Below are positions 1 to 11,500 of a stretch of 64,000 nt of DNA, piece by piece (the first letter of the stretch is position 1; each line of letters begins with the position of its first letter). The DNA lies in IMG/VR virus record IMGVR_UViG_3300013132_000028, positions 53,838 to 117,837 of that record, one strand, 5' to 3'. The notes under the pieces were generated by a model. It saw nothing but the letters and a program-made list of their open reading frames with translations. It was not told the DNA's origin and searched no databases. The DNA is from a virus. The translations under genes were made by a program, and so were the position numbers.

Positions 1-2613
1 AACTACGTTGATTAGCTTTCCAGCGGCTTTGGCGGCCTCGTTGTAGTCTCCGGCTTGTGCCAGGCGGTCGGCCTCTTTAATTTCTTCTACCACTCCCTGG
101 TTTCCACTTTCGCCTAGGTCAGCCTTCAGACGTGCCAGCACGTCTCTAAACTTTCCCATTTCGTCGCGTGGTTGAGTCTGCGGAGTGTACTTTCCACCCT
201 CGTAGACCATCGGAGGCATGTTTTCAGCTGCGGCAGCAATACCGGCTGCTCGCACTCTCAAGTCCTCGGTCTCGGCGGCTAGCTCGACGGAGTTGCTCTT
301 CCACTTCTCCGGAATCAAGTCAGGCCTGTCCAGCCCTCTGGCGCGGCGCATGATGTGTCTCTTTACCGCGGCTTTTCTGCTGTCTTTGGCCAGTCCGTAT
401 GACGAGATCGCGTTCTTCAGGTCCTGTACGTTCCTGATCGGGAACGAGCCGTCCGGCATCGCCTTTTTCTCGGCTGCTAGCTTCTTTCTGACTCTGCGTG
501 AGATAAAGCCTAGCTCGTTCATGTTGTCGTCCCAGGCAGTCTCCTCGCCGTCCACTCGCAGGGCTAGCTCGGCTGCGCGGATTCGTAGTCGCTCGTTACG
601 CTCGGCTCTGGCGGCAGCCATTCTCTCGGTTGCGGCAGCGCTCGCTGCTAGCAGTGGCTGTTTTTCTAACTGTTCCAACTTTTCAATTCTTTGTGCCAAT
701 TCGGTCACCGGATCGGACTTCAAACGCGCCAAAACTCCGGCGCCAGCGGCAACAAGTGCCATGACCTGACCAGAGGCAACTCGTGCTCTGGCGATTGGGA
801 AGCCAGGCACGTTTACCTGGCACACGGCTACTAGCTCTAGCCCGCCCTTGATTGGTCGCCAGTCACCGGACGGTGCCGACGCGCGGAGAGCTCTGATCTG
901 CTCAGGCGTGGTGCCTGGACGTACTGCACCGGCTACCCAGATACCAAAAGCGTCCTCTCCAGCGTGCACGTCTGCGACTGCGGAAGCGGTGTCGTCGTAG
1001 TGCTTGGCGGCCTCGGCGGCTGTAGCGCTCAGCGAGGCGTGTCCACCTGCCAGTGTCAACTGTCCGACGGCAACATCGTTATTGTCGTCTGTACGTACCA
1101 CACCGGTGTGGAAGTATGCGTACTTGCTCTTGCTCTTCGGCGGCTTAGTGCCGTAGGACATGCCTATGTGGTCGACGTGCCAGGCTGCAATGTGGCCGAA
1201 CACCTGTCCCTCGTCGGTTACTGTCAGCGGAGTTGGCTTAGACAAGTTTTGGTCAAAAAACCACGTTGCCGGTGGAACTACTGGTATCGAACCAGCGATT
1301 AAACCGCACGCGACTAACGCGGACGCCTCCATCGGGTCCATCTCTTCTGCGTACACTCCGTCTGGTATGCTCACTTGGCTCTCCTGCTCTGTCTCGGCTT
1401 GTTCGTCGAGGTAAATACGGCATTCTTGGAACGCCGGTTTTGACACTAACGTAACTGCCATAACTCTAGCTTTGTTGATCGTAATTTTACCCCCACCTAG
1501 GTCTTGGCTTGCTTCTTCTGAGTCGTCTTTTTCTTTCTTTTCTTCCTTCGCCTCAAACTGGTCTAGGTCTGCAGACACACCCCTGATAAAGCCGCTACGC
1601 ACCAGTCTCTCTGCCTCTGCACCGTAGGGGCCAGTGTCAAACACACCCACCGCGTTACCTATTCCGTTTTCCACGCGCTCCATCTGGTCTATTCGACCTA
1701 CCACTACAGAACCAGCGTGGCCTTCGCCAGTCTTTATCTGCCATAGGAGCGGAAGAGGCAGCTCTCGCATCTCAATCGCGCCCTGCTCAAAAATTCTTCC
1801 GTCTCCCGACTCGACACCTTCCGGTATTACTAGAGGAATCTTAAAAGAGCCCGGCTCTGTCGGCTGTATCTCGATCTTGCCGGTCGCTACCAGATTGGCG
1901 GTAAACTTTTGAACTGCTTCTTTATGTCTGGCAGCCAGCACGCTTCTAGCCATGTACGAGTCGCTGTCTATTAAAAAGTCGGCAGTAGAAAAGTACTTTC
2001 CGCCCCTCTTTCCGTGCATCTGACGGTGACGCTTGTCTCCAGTCCACATGCCGGTTGCCTCTTTGTGCCTCAGGGCGCAGTAGCCCTTGGCGCGAGGTCC
2101 TAGGTATTTTGACAGTTGTCTAAAGCACCTGGTCCAGTCACCAGGAGTGTTCCAACGAATTTTTGCGGCACCCCTGCCATACAGCCAGTAGCGTCTCAGT
2201 TGTTCGGCCTTGCCTCTGTTTCGGTCTAGTCCGCCTGCAGCCGCAACCGCCACTAAGTCGCCGGTGCTAGAGCTGTATATCGCGGTCAGACGACAGTCCA
2301 CCGGCTCTACCCATGAGTACGCTGCCGCTGCCACTGCCTCTGCACCGTCTATCTGCTCCAGAACCTGGGTCAGCGACTGGTCGTCGAGCACGACGATAGG
2401 CGGGGGCGTAGGAGAGTTTAGGTCGGCAAGTACTCGCTCGTCCTTCTCCCACTTTCCTGGCTTACGTGTAAACGTGGTTGGTTTGGTGGAGTCAGAGGAG
2501 GCGGGAATAAGCGCCACTAGGTCCAGGACCGCCAGCGGGTCGTCTGGCGCGACGATCGCCATGTACACGGCGGCCATGTCTGAGGTTTCTGGCGTCAACT
2601 CTTTTGTGCTCAT
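1..2613 (-). CDS. Prohead/capsid maturation protease-like multidomain protein (3' end beyond window)
   Basis: Absent from ORF track because it runs off the edge. ATG at 2613 overlaps the upstream TGA; frame open to base 1. Motifs PEGVESGDGR, GHAGSVVVGRI, GVSADLD, VFGHIAAW, SGDWR..LELVAVCQVNVPGFP and PDGSFPI are typical of actinophage head maturation proteins. Confidence 0.8.
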   Translation of the reverse strand, partial: MSTKELTPETSDMAAVYMAIVAPDDPLAVLDLVALIPASSDSTKPTTFTRKPGKWEKDERVLADLNSPTPPPIVVLDDQSLTQVLEQIDGAEAVAAAAYSWVEPVDCRLTAIYSSSTGDLVAVAAAGGLDRNRGKAEQLRRYWLYGRGAAKIRWNTPGDWTRCFRQLSKYLGPRAKGYCALRHKEATGMWTGDKRHRQMHGKRGGKYFSTADFLIDSDSYMARSVLAARHKEAVQKFTANLVATGKIEIQPTEPGSFKIPLVIPEGVESGDGRIFEQGAIEMRELPLPLLWQIKTGEGHAGSVVVGRIDQMERVENGIGNAVGVFDTGPYGAEAERLVRSGFIRGVSADLDQFEAKEEKKEKDDSEEASQDLGGGKITINKARVMAVTLVSKPAFQECRIYLDEQAETEQESQVSIPDGVYAEEMDPMEASALVACGLIAGSIPVVPPATWFFDQNLSKPTPLTVTDEGQVFGHIAAWHVDHIGMSYGTKPPKSKSKYAYFHTGVVRTDDNNDVAVGQLTLAGGHASLSATAAEAAKHYDDTASAVADVHAGEDAFGIWVAGAVRPGTTPEQIRALRASAPSGDWRPIKGGLELVAVCQVNVPGFPIARARVASGQVMALVAAGAGVLARLKSDPVTELAQRIEKLEQLEKQPLLAASAAATERMAAARAERNERLRIRAAELALRVDGEETAWDDNMNELGFISRRVRKKLAAEKKAMPDGSFPIRNVQDLKNAISSYGLAKDSRKAAVKRHIMRRARGLDRPDLIPEKWKSNSVELAAETEDLRVRAAGIAAAAENMPPMVYEGGKYTPQTQPRDEMGKFRDVLARLKADLGESGNQGVVEEIKEADRLAQAGDYNEAAKAAGKLINVV

Positions 2614-4493
2614 TTTTTGGCCTTAGGTACTACTGAGGGAGTGGCAATCGGAATCTGGTTTGGCTGGTAGTAGACGTTCGGTCCCTTTCCGATAGCGGCT
2701 CGTTGTTCGCCTGCTTTGTCGCGTTTAGCAGTTATCTTAGAGGCGTCTTCTTCCGGTTTATCGATCGTTCCCTCCCGGCCCTTAGTGATTATAGGGTTGT
2801 ACCAACCCCTGTTTACGTATCTCTCTACTCCGTCTTTTCCCTTGTACTTCTGGTCTAGCCAGTCACGCAGCATCGGGTCATTGTAGGCGTTTGGCGCGGT
2901 TCTCACCGTTCCGAAAGTCACTGGCTTGGCTGGCGTCGCTGCTGGTGCCGTTGCTGCGTCTGCGTTTCCAGTCTTTAAGTTGCTGCCTTGGGCAGGCGTC
3001 GTACTTACGTTGGACGCTGCCTCCGGACTCACGCGCTGAGCTGCTGCCCAAGCGCTCCAGTCTCTCATCAGAAGCGAGACGTCGTTCTGTGTCAGCGCCG
3101 GTAACAGTCCTGGCAGCGATATTGCAGAACTGCCCTGCGGCACTCTAGGCTTGGCCAGTAGTCCAGTCGTGTCTAGCCTGCCTCCATCAAATCTTTCGGC
3201 CTGACTTTGCACCTCAGTCTTGTCGTCCACGCCCTGTGTAAACTGTGCTCCGACGGTAACTAGTTTGCCGTCAGACAGCTCCACGCTAACCTGACCGGTC
3301 TTGCTGTCTACGGACTTGACGGTGCCGACCGCGGACCTGTCGCCGCCTATGAATACTTTTGTACCGGCCGTCGCAAACTTTCCGGCCGCGTCTCTGACCT
3401 GTACTTTCGCGTTGTCTGAGCGCTCGTCGGACGTGTACACTCCGGGAGTGCTGTCTTTGCTCAGACCCTCTTCGCCCGCTGCGGTGACCGAGGCCCGGTC
3501 TATGAGCTCCCAGTCTATCTCGTCGGCAGCGTCGGCTACCAGCATAGCCTCCTCTGGGTCTAGCATGGACGGTCCGATACTTGAGTACGGATTTTGCTTT
3601 AGGAATGCAGAAACTTTCATGGCAGACATCGCGTCTATGGAGACGTGGATTCTGGGCGCCTTGTCGTACGGTTCGTCCAAAGATTTATCGTACGTATTGA
3701 AGTCGTGCGCAGTGTGCCCTAGGTCTTCCCATCCATCGCCGTCCCAAACAAAAACTTCTCCTTCTGGCTGTACTTTGTACAAACGGTCGATGCCGCCGTT
3801 CTCTAGATTTACGCGGACTACAAACTCTGGAGCTAGCTCTACGTTTATCGACTCAGCGTCAAAAAATTCTTTAACGTCTTGGGTGTTGTCGCCGTATAAA
3901 TCGTATTCCGCCTCGAGCATGCCGGAGTATGCGTCAGCGCGAACACTTTTCTTCTTTTTATTTTCTCGTTCGACGATTGCTCTCGCCCAGCGCCAGGCAG
4001 GGTCTCCACCCCAAAGTGCCCAGGCAATACGACCTCTGCTAGGGTAGCCGTCTTCTCCTGGGCCCCAACCCTTGCCCTTCTTGTCTACCTCGTGACGTGG
4101 GAAGTACTTTGCAATGTGCCTAATCTTTCTGATGCCGATCTGTCCGCCGCGGGCCAGTGTTCTGGCGCTGTTCACGCCGACCGGAGTTCCACCGCGGTTG
4201 TGTTTTGCACGCCACTCTAGTCCTCGTTTTGCCTCTGCCTGTGCGGCCTTTGGCACAGTGTACATGCGGTCTCCGCTTGCAACTATACGAATGTCGAGGT
4301 CTGTCAGTGCGCCTAACGCGAGGTCTGTCATCGCCCTAGTCGGTTTGTCGTGCGGCTTCTGCCACTTTGCACTTGCCAGCAGGACACCGGTAGTTCCAGT
4401 ACGTACAATCGTATTGGTCTCAGTGTCAAGCACGGCTGCACGACTTTCATCTACGAACAGATAAAGACTTCCGTACTGACCCGCTAGCCTCAC
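2610..4493 (-). CDS. Head-associated modular protein, 627 aa
   Basis: GYPSRGRIAWALWGGD module seen in phage head morphogenesis proteins, RDAAGKF motif and SH3/KOW-like segment; coupled to neighbours. Confidence 0.7.
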   Translation of the reverse strand: MRLAGQYGSLYLFVDESRAAVLDTETNTIVRTGTTGVLLASAKWQKPHDKPTRAMTDLALGALTDLDIRIVASGDRMYTVPKAAQAEAKRGLEWRAKHNRGGTPVGVNSARTLARGGQIGIRKIRHIAKYFPRHEVDKKGKGWGPGEDGYPSRGRIAWALWGGDPAWRWARAIVERENKKKKSVRADAYSGMLEAEYDLYGDNTQDVKEFFDAESINVELAPEFVVRVNLENGGIDRLYKVQPEGEVFVWDGDGWEDLGHTAHDFNTYDKSLDEPYDKAPRIHVSIDAMSAMKVSAFLKQNPYSSIGPSMLDPEEAMLVADAADEIDWELIDRASVTAAGEEGLSKDSTPGVYTSDERSDNAKVQVRDAAGKFATAGTKVFIGGDRSAVGTVKSVDSKTGQVSVELSDGKLVTVGAQFTQGVDDKTEVQSQAERFDGGRLDTTGLLAKPRVPQGSSAISLPGLLPALTQNDVSLLMRDWSAWAAAQRVSPEAASNVSTTPAQGSNLKTGNADAATAPAATPAKPVTFGTVRTAPNAYNDPMLRDWLDQKYKGKDGVERYVNRGWYNPIITKGREGTIDKPEEDASKITAKRDKAGEQRAAIGKGPNVYYQPNQIPIATPSVVPKAKK

Positions 4494-5533
4494 TGGGACT
4501 CTCCCTTCCGACTATCGTCGGTAATCGGTCCGCCTGAAATCCACGCATCGCACGTGCGAGCAGACGCACACTTGAAGTCTAGCGCCTCGCAGTAGCCTAG
4601 GTCTGCGGCTTCGATCGTGTCCCAGCCAGCGGAGGCGGCTAGTCCACTCGCTATGCACTCTTTCATCTCTGAGGTCTGAATAAAGGCCGCGCAGTTGCCG
4701 CAGCGGCTTGTCTTTGCCTCTTCGATCGTGACCGACCACTTTTCAGCCTTCTTCTGCCAGAACTCTTCGTTTGGTTCCTCTGGGTTCATGGGACCGTATC
4801 CGATGTCGTCTATCGCATTCTGACGATTCTCTAGGTTTAGCGCCAAGTCCTGTGTCGCCGGCGGGCAGACAAACTCCCCGGCGGCTTTAATCGTTTTTTC
4901 TTTTGCTGGACGTTCTACGTCCTCGCGGGAGAGCGGCTTTCCACTTTTTTCTGCCTTGTCAAACGTCTCTATGAAGTCAGGAGAAACCTCTACGATAGTC
5001 ATGCCGTCGAACTCTGTGTGCTCAGGCGGAACCCTGAACCAGGCCGAATTATTACGGCTAAACATTCCGGCGTCAGAGGTGTAAACTAGTTCCTGCACGT
5101 CTTGCGCGCTCTCGTCGAGTAGGGCGATTAGTGACTCTCCGTCTCCCGGGTCCCCTGGACTAAACGCCATAATAGTCTCCCTCATGTACATACCTTCTAG
5201 GGCTTCGGCTGGAACTGGTACTCGAAGAGTCGATGCCCAAGACCCGTCTGAGTCTTGAAACGCCCTAACAGTGTACGCCTTGCCGTAGCTATTGAACGTT
5301 ATTGTGCCACTACTTCTGTCTACTGTTACGTCGTTTTTGCTCCCTAGAGGATACTCTAGCACCTCAGATAGAGTAAACAGCGCCATTACTGGACCGTCCT
5401 CGTCGTGGTCAAACCAGGCAACCTCCGACACGGCGAAGGTCTCTCTCGGCTTGTCTAGAGTTTCAACTACGGCAGGGCCTAAGTATCCAGTTTTGTAGTC
5501 TTCCGGTATGGTAAGTTTTCTCTGCTCGGTCAT
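4490..5533 (-). CDS. Head-module protein with C-terminal Cys-rich domain, 347 aa
   Basis: CPPATQD...YGP.NP...RCGNC...LGYC...FKC...RTCDAW; AGAGG RBS. Confidence 0.7.
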   Translation of the reverse strand: MTEQRKLTIPEDYKTGYLGPAVVETLDKPRETFAVSEVAWFDHDEDGPVMALFTLSEVLEYPLGSKNDVTVDRSSGTITFNSYGKAYTVRAFQDSDGSWASTLRVPVPAEALEGMYMRETIMAFSPGDPGDGESLIALLDESAQDVQELVYTSDAGMFSRNNSAWFRVPPEHTEFDGMTIVEVSPDFIETFDKAEKSGKPLSREDVERPAKEKTIKAAGEFVCPPATQDLALNLENRQNAIDDIGYGPMNPEEPNEEFWQKKAEKWSVTIEEAKTSRCGNCAAFIQTSEMKECIASGLAASAGWDTIEAADLGYCEALDFKCASARTCDAWISGGPITDDSRKGESQ

Positions 5534-5549
5534 GGTTGCCTCTGTCTCT

Positions 5550-8500
5550 TTACTTCTTCACCGGTATAAGGTCGTCCCACGATGAGGCGCCGTACTTCTC
5601 TGGCGGTACTCCATTGTCGAGTAGCATTTTAACTAGACGTTCACGCACCGCCGGGGACACACTTATGATGGCCAGGTCTGCCCACGATATTCCGTTCTTA
5701 AACATCAGTTCGTAGGTGCCTGATCCTGAAGTGGGCTTGGCTGGTTTTATCTCACCGATCGGGTCGGTCTCCTTCATGCGCTTTCCGTACTGGTCCTTGA
5801 AGTTGGCCCAGAAGTCCAGCCGTGAGTACAGCTTCAGCGGGTCAAAGTGAAAGTACGCGTGACTGTCTGCTGCTACAGAGTAGGGCTTCATGGTTGCCTT
5901 AGGCTTCGTGAATAGGTAGTCTGCTCCCCCTGTTCTTATGTCTGCGTCGCTTGAGTCGCCCTGGCCACCAATTCCCTCTGTCCAGCGGACTGACGTGGCT
6001 TTTAGGCCGTCTTCCAGCATGAGCAGGTTGAACATCTCCTGGGCCGCTGAGTCTGCATTGTTTGCACCCTTGATTCCAAAAGAGTGAGTTATGGCGCCAG
6101 TCTCTGTTTTTTTAACCATGTACTCTGCTATTGCATTGCTCGTTCTGTACGACAGTCTGTCGTTTAGGTCGTAGGCCGGAGTGTCTAGGTTTAGCCACAT
6201 CTGTTCATAAGGCAGTCCCAGCAGCTTCTCTATCGCCTTGAGCTTCGCCTTGCGGGCAGCTCCAACTACGTTTTTTGCCGGATCAATTTCTTTGCCAAAG
6301 ATGCTAATTAGACGGTTTTCAGCCAGAACTCTTACGTCCTCTTTGGTTGCCGGTCTAGGGGCACGCACTCCGCCTAGCTTCATGCCTCTTGCGATTGCGT
6401 TGGCGGTGGAGGTTGCGTCCTGCTGCTCTGGCACTAGTACCTCTACCCTATTGTGAAAAGCAAGTCCTTCTCGACTAGTATTCAGACTGCTCACCGGCTT
6501 TGAGTCTCTATTTGCTCTGTATACTCTGATAACTGCACCGGTAATTTTGTCCGTTATTACGTATGTAGTTGTTTCATTGTAGGAAGAAGAGTACTCCACG
6601 TCCATCTGGCTACCAGACTTTACTATTGCCATGCTACCGTCTGCGTTTCTTCGCATCTTGGGCATTCTTATGCCTTGGTTTATGAGTAGATCGTACTCGT
6701 CTGTGTTCGGCACTTTTTTGAGGAGCTCAGCTACTAGATCGTCTCCAGCCCAAGACGTGAGTTTGAAGCTGGCGCGTGTGTAGGTCTTGTCGCCGTCTAC
6801 TATAGTCATCATGTGCACGTCTAGGTCTTCAACGTCTCCTGCGTCTACTGCAGCAGACCGACCGCGTGCTCCGGCGGCTGGGCTGCTCTGCACGTGCGCA
6901 ACTGCGTCTACTAGAGACTTGACGCCTGCACCCGTGAGCTCGCTCTGCGACCAGTCTACGCTAGCTAAGTCTGGGTCGTCTAGCTCTGGTACGTTTACTC
7001 CGGGACCCGCCTCTGTCAGTTTTGTCTGGTCAAACAGCCTGCCACCCGTTACTTTGTCGACGGAGCGGACTTTTTTACTTCCGTCTAAGAACTGTACCTG
7101 TACGTAGTTCTCGTAGCCCTTTGCACCTGGAAAACCGTAGATCACACCCTCGTCGCCATTTGCGTCGGTCACGGTTACGCCTTTGTACAACCAGTTATTA
7201 AATCTGTCTTTCTTAAACTTTTGATTTGCGCCCGGCGGCGGTGCAAACTGGTCCTTAATCGGGGCAAGATCGTCTTTCTCAAAAGCTAAGCCCAGCCAGG
7301 TAGCGTGCGGACTGTCTGCCTGTACATGCTGAAAGTGTGGATTATCCTTGTAGTATTCGTTGGTCTCTGACGCCACCGTAATTTTTCCGTCGCTCGTAAT
7401 TATTCCTGGTTTTGGTTGATCTTTTACACCAACTATAAAAACACCACTGTACTGAGAGTAAGCTACGTAGTCTATCTGCGACTTTTCTTTAGTGGTCTCT
7501 AGTGCGTTGTAGCGAGTAAACTCTTCTATGTAATTTTTTGCAGCGAGTGCGCCGTATTTAAGCGCAGAGTTTGTGTCAAATGGACCAAAGTCAATCTCGT
7601 TGTTGGCTACTGTTTTCTTGGTGGCGTCTGCCCACTCGTCTGGAGTGTACGACTTTAACGGAGACTCAGACTGGCTGGACGAAGACGGCGGCGGTGGTGG
7701 ATTAGGTACGGTCGGCTGCGGTGTGTTTATTTCGGTGCCGCTCTTTGGTGAACGAGTGCTCTTTATTACTGTCTTTCCACTGTACTCTACGTACTGTTGA
7801 TTTCCGTTAGTGTGCTGTAGAAACATGCGAAACTTGTGCGTCTTCTTTCCTTTGTTGTAGGCAGCACCGTGCGACGACACGCGCGCCCAGCCGGAGCCGT
7901 ACGGAATGTAGTCTCCAACTTTAAGATTTTCTACCTTGGTGTCTTTCTTTTCGTACAACTCTGGGTTGTCTAAGTCCTTCTTGTCTAGAGCCAGCGCTGG
8001 ATTGCCAACCGGCGTCTTCGTGGTAGAACTCTTCGGCTCGGCTGCGCCGCTCTTTTCTTTCTTCTTTGCTTCGAGCAGGTTCTTGACTAGCTCCACCGCC
8101 TTGGCGTTGTTTCCGCCGATGTGCCAGTCGTACTTCTTGTCCGGGTCAAGCGAGTCCGGTGTTTTCCAGTCGTACAGCCTGGCGAATATAGCTGCACCGT
8201 CCGGGCTCTCAAAACGCATTGACCACTCTTGCTGTACTTTGTCGCCAGAGCCGTACTCGTACGGCTTGCCTAGAAGCTCGGTCAACTCTTTTGGAGTGTA
8301 CTCCACGGTCTCGTTGAGAAAATAGCTACCAGACACAAACGTAGTCGTGTCGTTTATGTTTGTAACCTTGTACGAGTCTGTCGTGCCTAGCTGTGGCTCC
8401 GGCGGTGCGGTGTACTTTTGTTCGGCCGAAAGTTCTGCGGGCTTTGGCTTGACCGGGTCTGCAGACGCGCTTGCGCTTGACTCTATTAGGTGCGTAGAAA

Positions 8501-11500
8501 AGTTTTTCTTCTTTCCGCCGTCTCCTAGGTCTTCTGCAACTAGGTTTTTAGTTCCTGTTTTTGGGTTGTCCCAGCTGTTGAGCGGACGCACGGTGCGTTC
8601 CTTGCCGTTGTACACAAACTTCAACAGCTTTTTGTCTTTGATGGCCTTGCTTATCTGGTCGTGCAGTGCCTCTAGTGTTTCAGAAGTTTTCAGTACTACT
8701 GCGTCGTCAGCTGCTGTCGGCGCTGGCTCAGGGGATAAAGGGACGGCAGGCTCACTGCTCGGTGCTGGCGTTGTCGGTGCCGGTGTGTCTGGTTCACCGC
8801 CTCCAGGTCCCCCCTCCGGGAAACCTCCGTCGTCTACGATTTGCAGCGTCTTTGTCGTTTTCAGCTGCTTGTCTTTTTTGCCGTCAAACTTTACCCAGGC
8901 GTAGTCGGGGAACACGACACCTTTCTTTTTGTACACGTCTAACTTAGAGACTACGCCGACTTCGCCAGTCTTTGTAGACTTTACCTTCATGCCGGCCGCG
9001 ATCGGTGTCTTGCCGTCAGCGGAGAGGCTCTTACCGACCGGACTACTGCCTTCGGCCGGAGTTTCGACTGCAAGTTTTTCTGGCTTGGGTGCGGACGCGT
9101 CTGCCTTGGCGTTTCTGTAGACGTCGCCGAAGAAGTTTTCTGGCTTCTCGTAGTAGCCAGCGGGCGCTTGTGTGTACGGACCTAGGTCAGCCTGTCTTAG
9201 CTCATTCCAGGTTTCGGTAAACTCGTCCATCTTGTCTAGCGGCACGCGTACTTGTATGTCGTAGGTGTTGTCTTGTGCCGTTCCTTCTGCAACGATGTAC
9301 GGCACGCCGCGCTCTGCCAGGTCTACTGGTCCCTCGTCGCCGCCAAACCTAGGCATGTCGCCGCCTATGTCGTTCAGCGTTACCTCTACAAAGTTACCGT
9401 CGTCTGACAGCTTAGGCGGGTTGGCGTCGTCAAACCACTGCGTGTCTCCGGCTTTCTTTGCGTACTTACTTGTGTCCACCTCTTCGGCCGTGATAACTGG
9501 TGACTTTACTACGTCTATCTTGTCTTTCTTGGCTACGTCGCCTGCTATGCGTAGATTTTCTGCGATGCTCTTAAACTCGCCGCCTTTGCCGTGCTTTTCT
9601 TGCATGTAGTCTGCAACTTTTTCTACTTCGTCCTGTATCTCTGCAATGTCGCCTGGATTGTCGACTGGCTTTTTTTGTTGTACTGTCTTCTCTAGCTCGT
9701 CTAGTTTTTCTTTAAGGTCCAGGTCTTCTACCGGCAGGTCGGTCTGCTCCCTGTACATTTTAATTGCATCCAGTGTCTCGTCTGCAAAGTCTTCTGCTAT
9801 GACGTACGCGTCACCTGGTGTAAGCTCGTCTTCGTCAGCTGGTGCGGGTGCGTCTTTCAGGTTTTTGACCGTGACGGTGGTGTCTTTGTCAGTGAGTCCA
9901 GCGCGCTCGAGGATGTCCATTCTGCGCATCTCTAGCTTGTCTGCGACGGTCTTCTGCAGCACCGGCTCGTCTGGAAACGCGGCTGCCACGAGGCTGTCGA
10001 TGTCTGCTCTGGTTATGTCCAGCAGCTTGGAGGCGCTGGCCTTTAGTTCTGGTTCGGTCATGTCTCCAAAGATTTTTGCGGCCTGCGGGTTCATGTCCGG
10101 GTCGCGAAGCGTCTCCCACTCGTCGGCCTTGTCGCCGAACAGCTCGCCCTTTGGCTTTCCCATGGCGCGCATCAGCAGCGCACCGCCGGTGTCTACGCGG
10201 TTTGGCTTGCCGTCTACTGAGACTACGTTGTCCATGGCAAGACCGGCGACGTCCCAGTTGGCGAGCCAGGCGTCGACAGCAAAGCCGTTCTGCAGTGCCT
10301 TTTTGTAGCTAGGCTCGTCGATCTTCTTGGCCATGTCTGGCTTTGCGTCCGGCAGTATAGGCGAGACGGTGACCATGTTACCCGCCTCGTCCACGCCGAA
10401 GAACGTGTCGGCGCCGTCTACGTCTGCGCGGCGGTAGAGTGCCGAGGCCAGCACCTCGTTGCCGGCGTGCAGTGGACTCTTCGGTGTCTTTACGTAGTAC
10501 TTGCTGCCGTCTGGAGCTTCGTACGTGCCGCCCTCGTTGGAGCCGAGCTGGTTGCCGACTTTCTTCCACCCTGTGATGTCGAAAGAGCTACCTACGCTGG
10601 TGCCGATTGCGCCAGTTGGGTTCTTAGACTTGCTGAGCGCTGGCTTGTTCTGTCGCGCTACGTCTTCTTCCGACGGTGGAGCTACCTCGTCTCCGGTGCC
10701 AGCCAGGTCGCGGAAAAACAGATTTGTGTTGACGCCCTGTATCTGCAGCGCGTCGCGAATGGCCTGACCGCTGACTAGGATGTCGGTGCCACCGTCGAGC
10801 GGATACTCGAGTATCGCGTATCCGGCGCTCTCTTCTTCTAGGTCTGGCTCGACTGCAATTCTTAGTGAGTCTATCAGCGTTTCAGTGTCCCAGTTGTCCG
10901 CGATGTACAGCGGACTGTCCGTGAATCCCTCTGGAAAGCCGGCTGCGACTTCGTTGCCGTCTGCCCCGTTGTACTCCGAGGCGTAGGCGTCGGTGTCTGG
11001 TAGGTTGTAGCCTTCCGGCAGGTCTATGCTTTCGTTCGGTATCAAGTAAGGCAGGTAGTTGCCATCCTCGTTGATGCTAATGTTTTCGGCGGGCGTCAGC
11101 TTACGCAGTCGCACGATTCTTCGTCCGTCCTTGTCTACGACACTCTCGACCGCGTACTGACCCCAGACCAGCTCTCGTTCTTCTCCTATCGGTGTGCTGG
11201 TGCCATTGCCCTCGTCGATCACGACTACAAACGTGCCGTCTCCACTCTTGCCCTCTAGCACATCGTCAATGTCTCCAGTAGCTTTTTTCCACGAGTCAGG
11301 TGGGAACGAGACCACGTTGCCCTCCTCGGACAGCGCGTCTGCAAAGCCCTGGTCATCTGAGAGGTCGTACGACTTCCAGACTTTCGTGGCGTTAGTGCCG
11401 GAATTTACTGCGGACATTTTTAGCAGCGCCTGCGCGGTTGCGTACTTAGCGTCGCTCGAGTTGAATAGCTCCGGCTCCGCCTCTATTGCGGCTATCGCCT

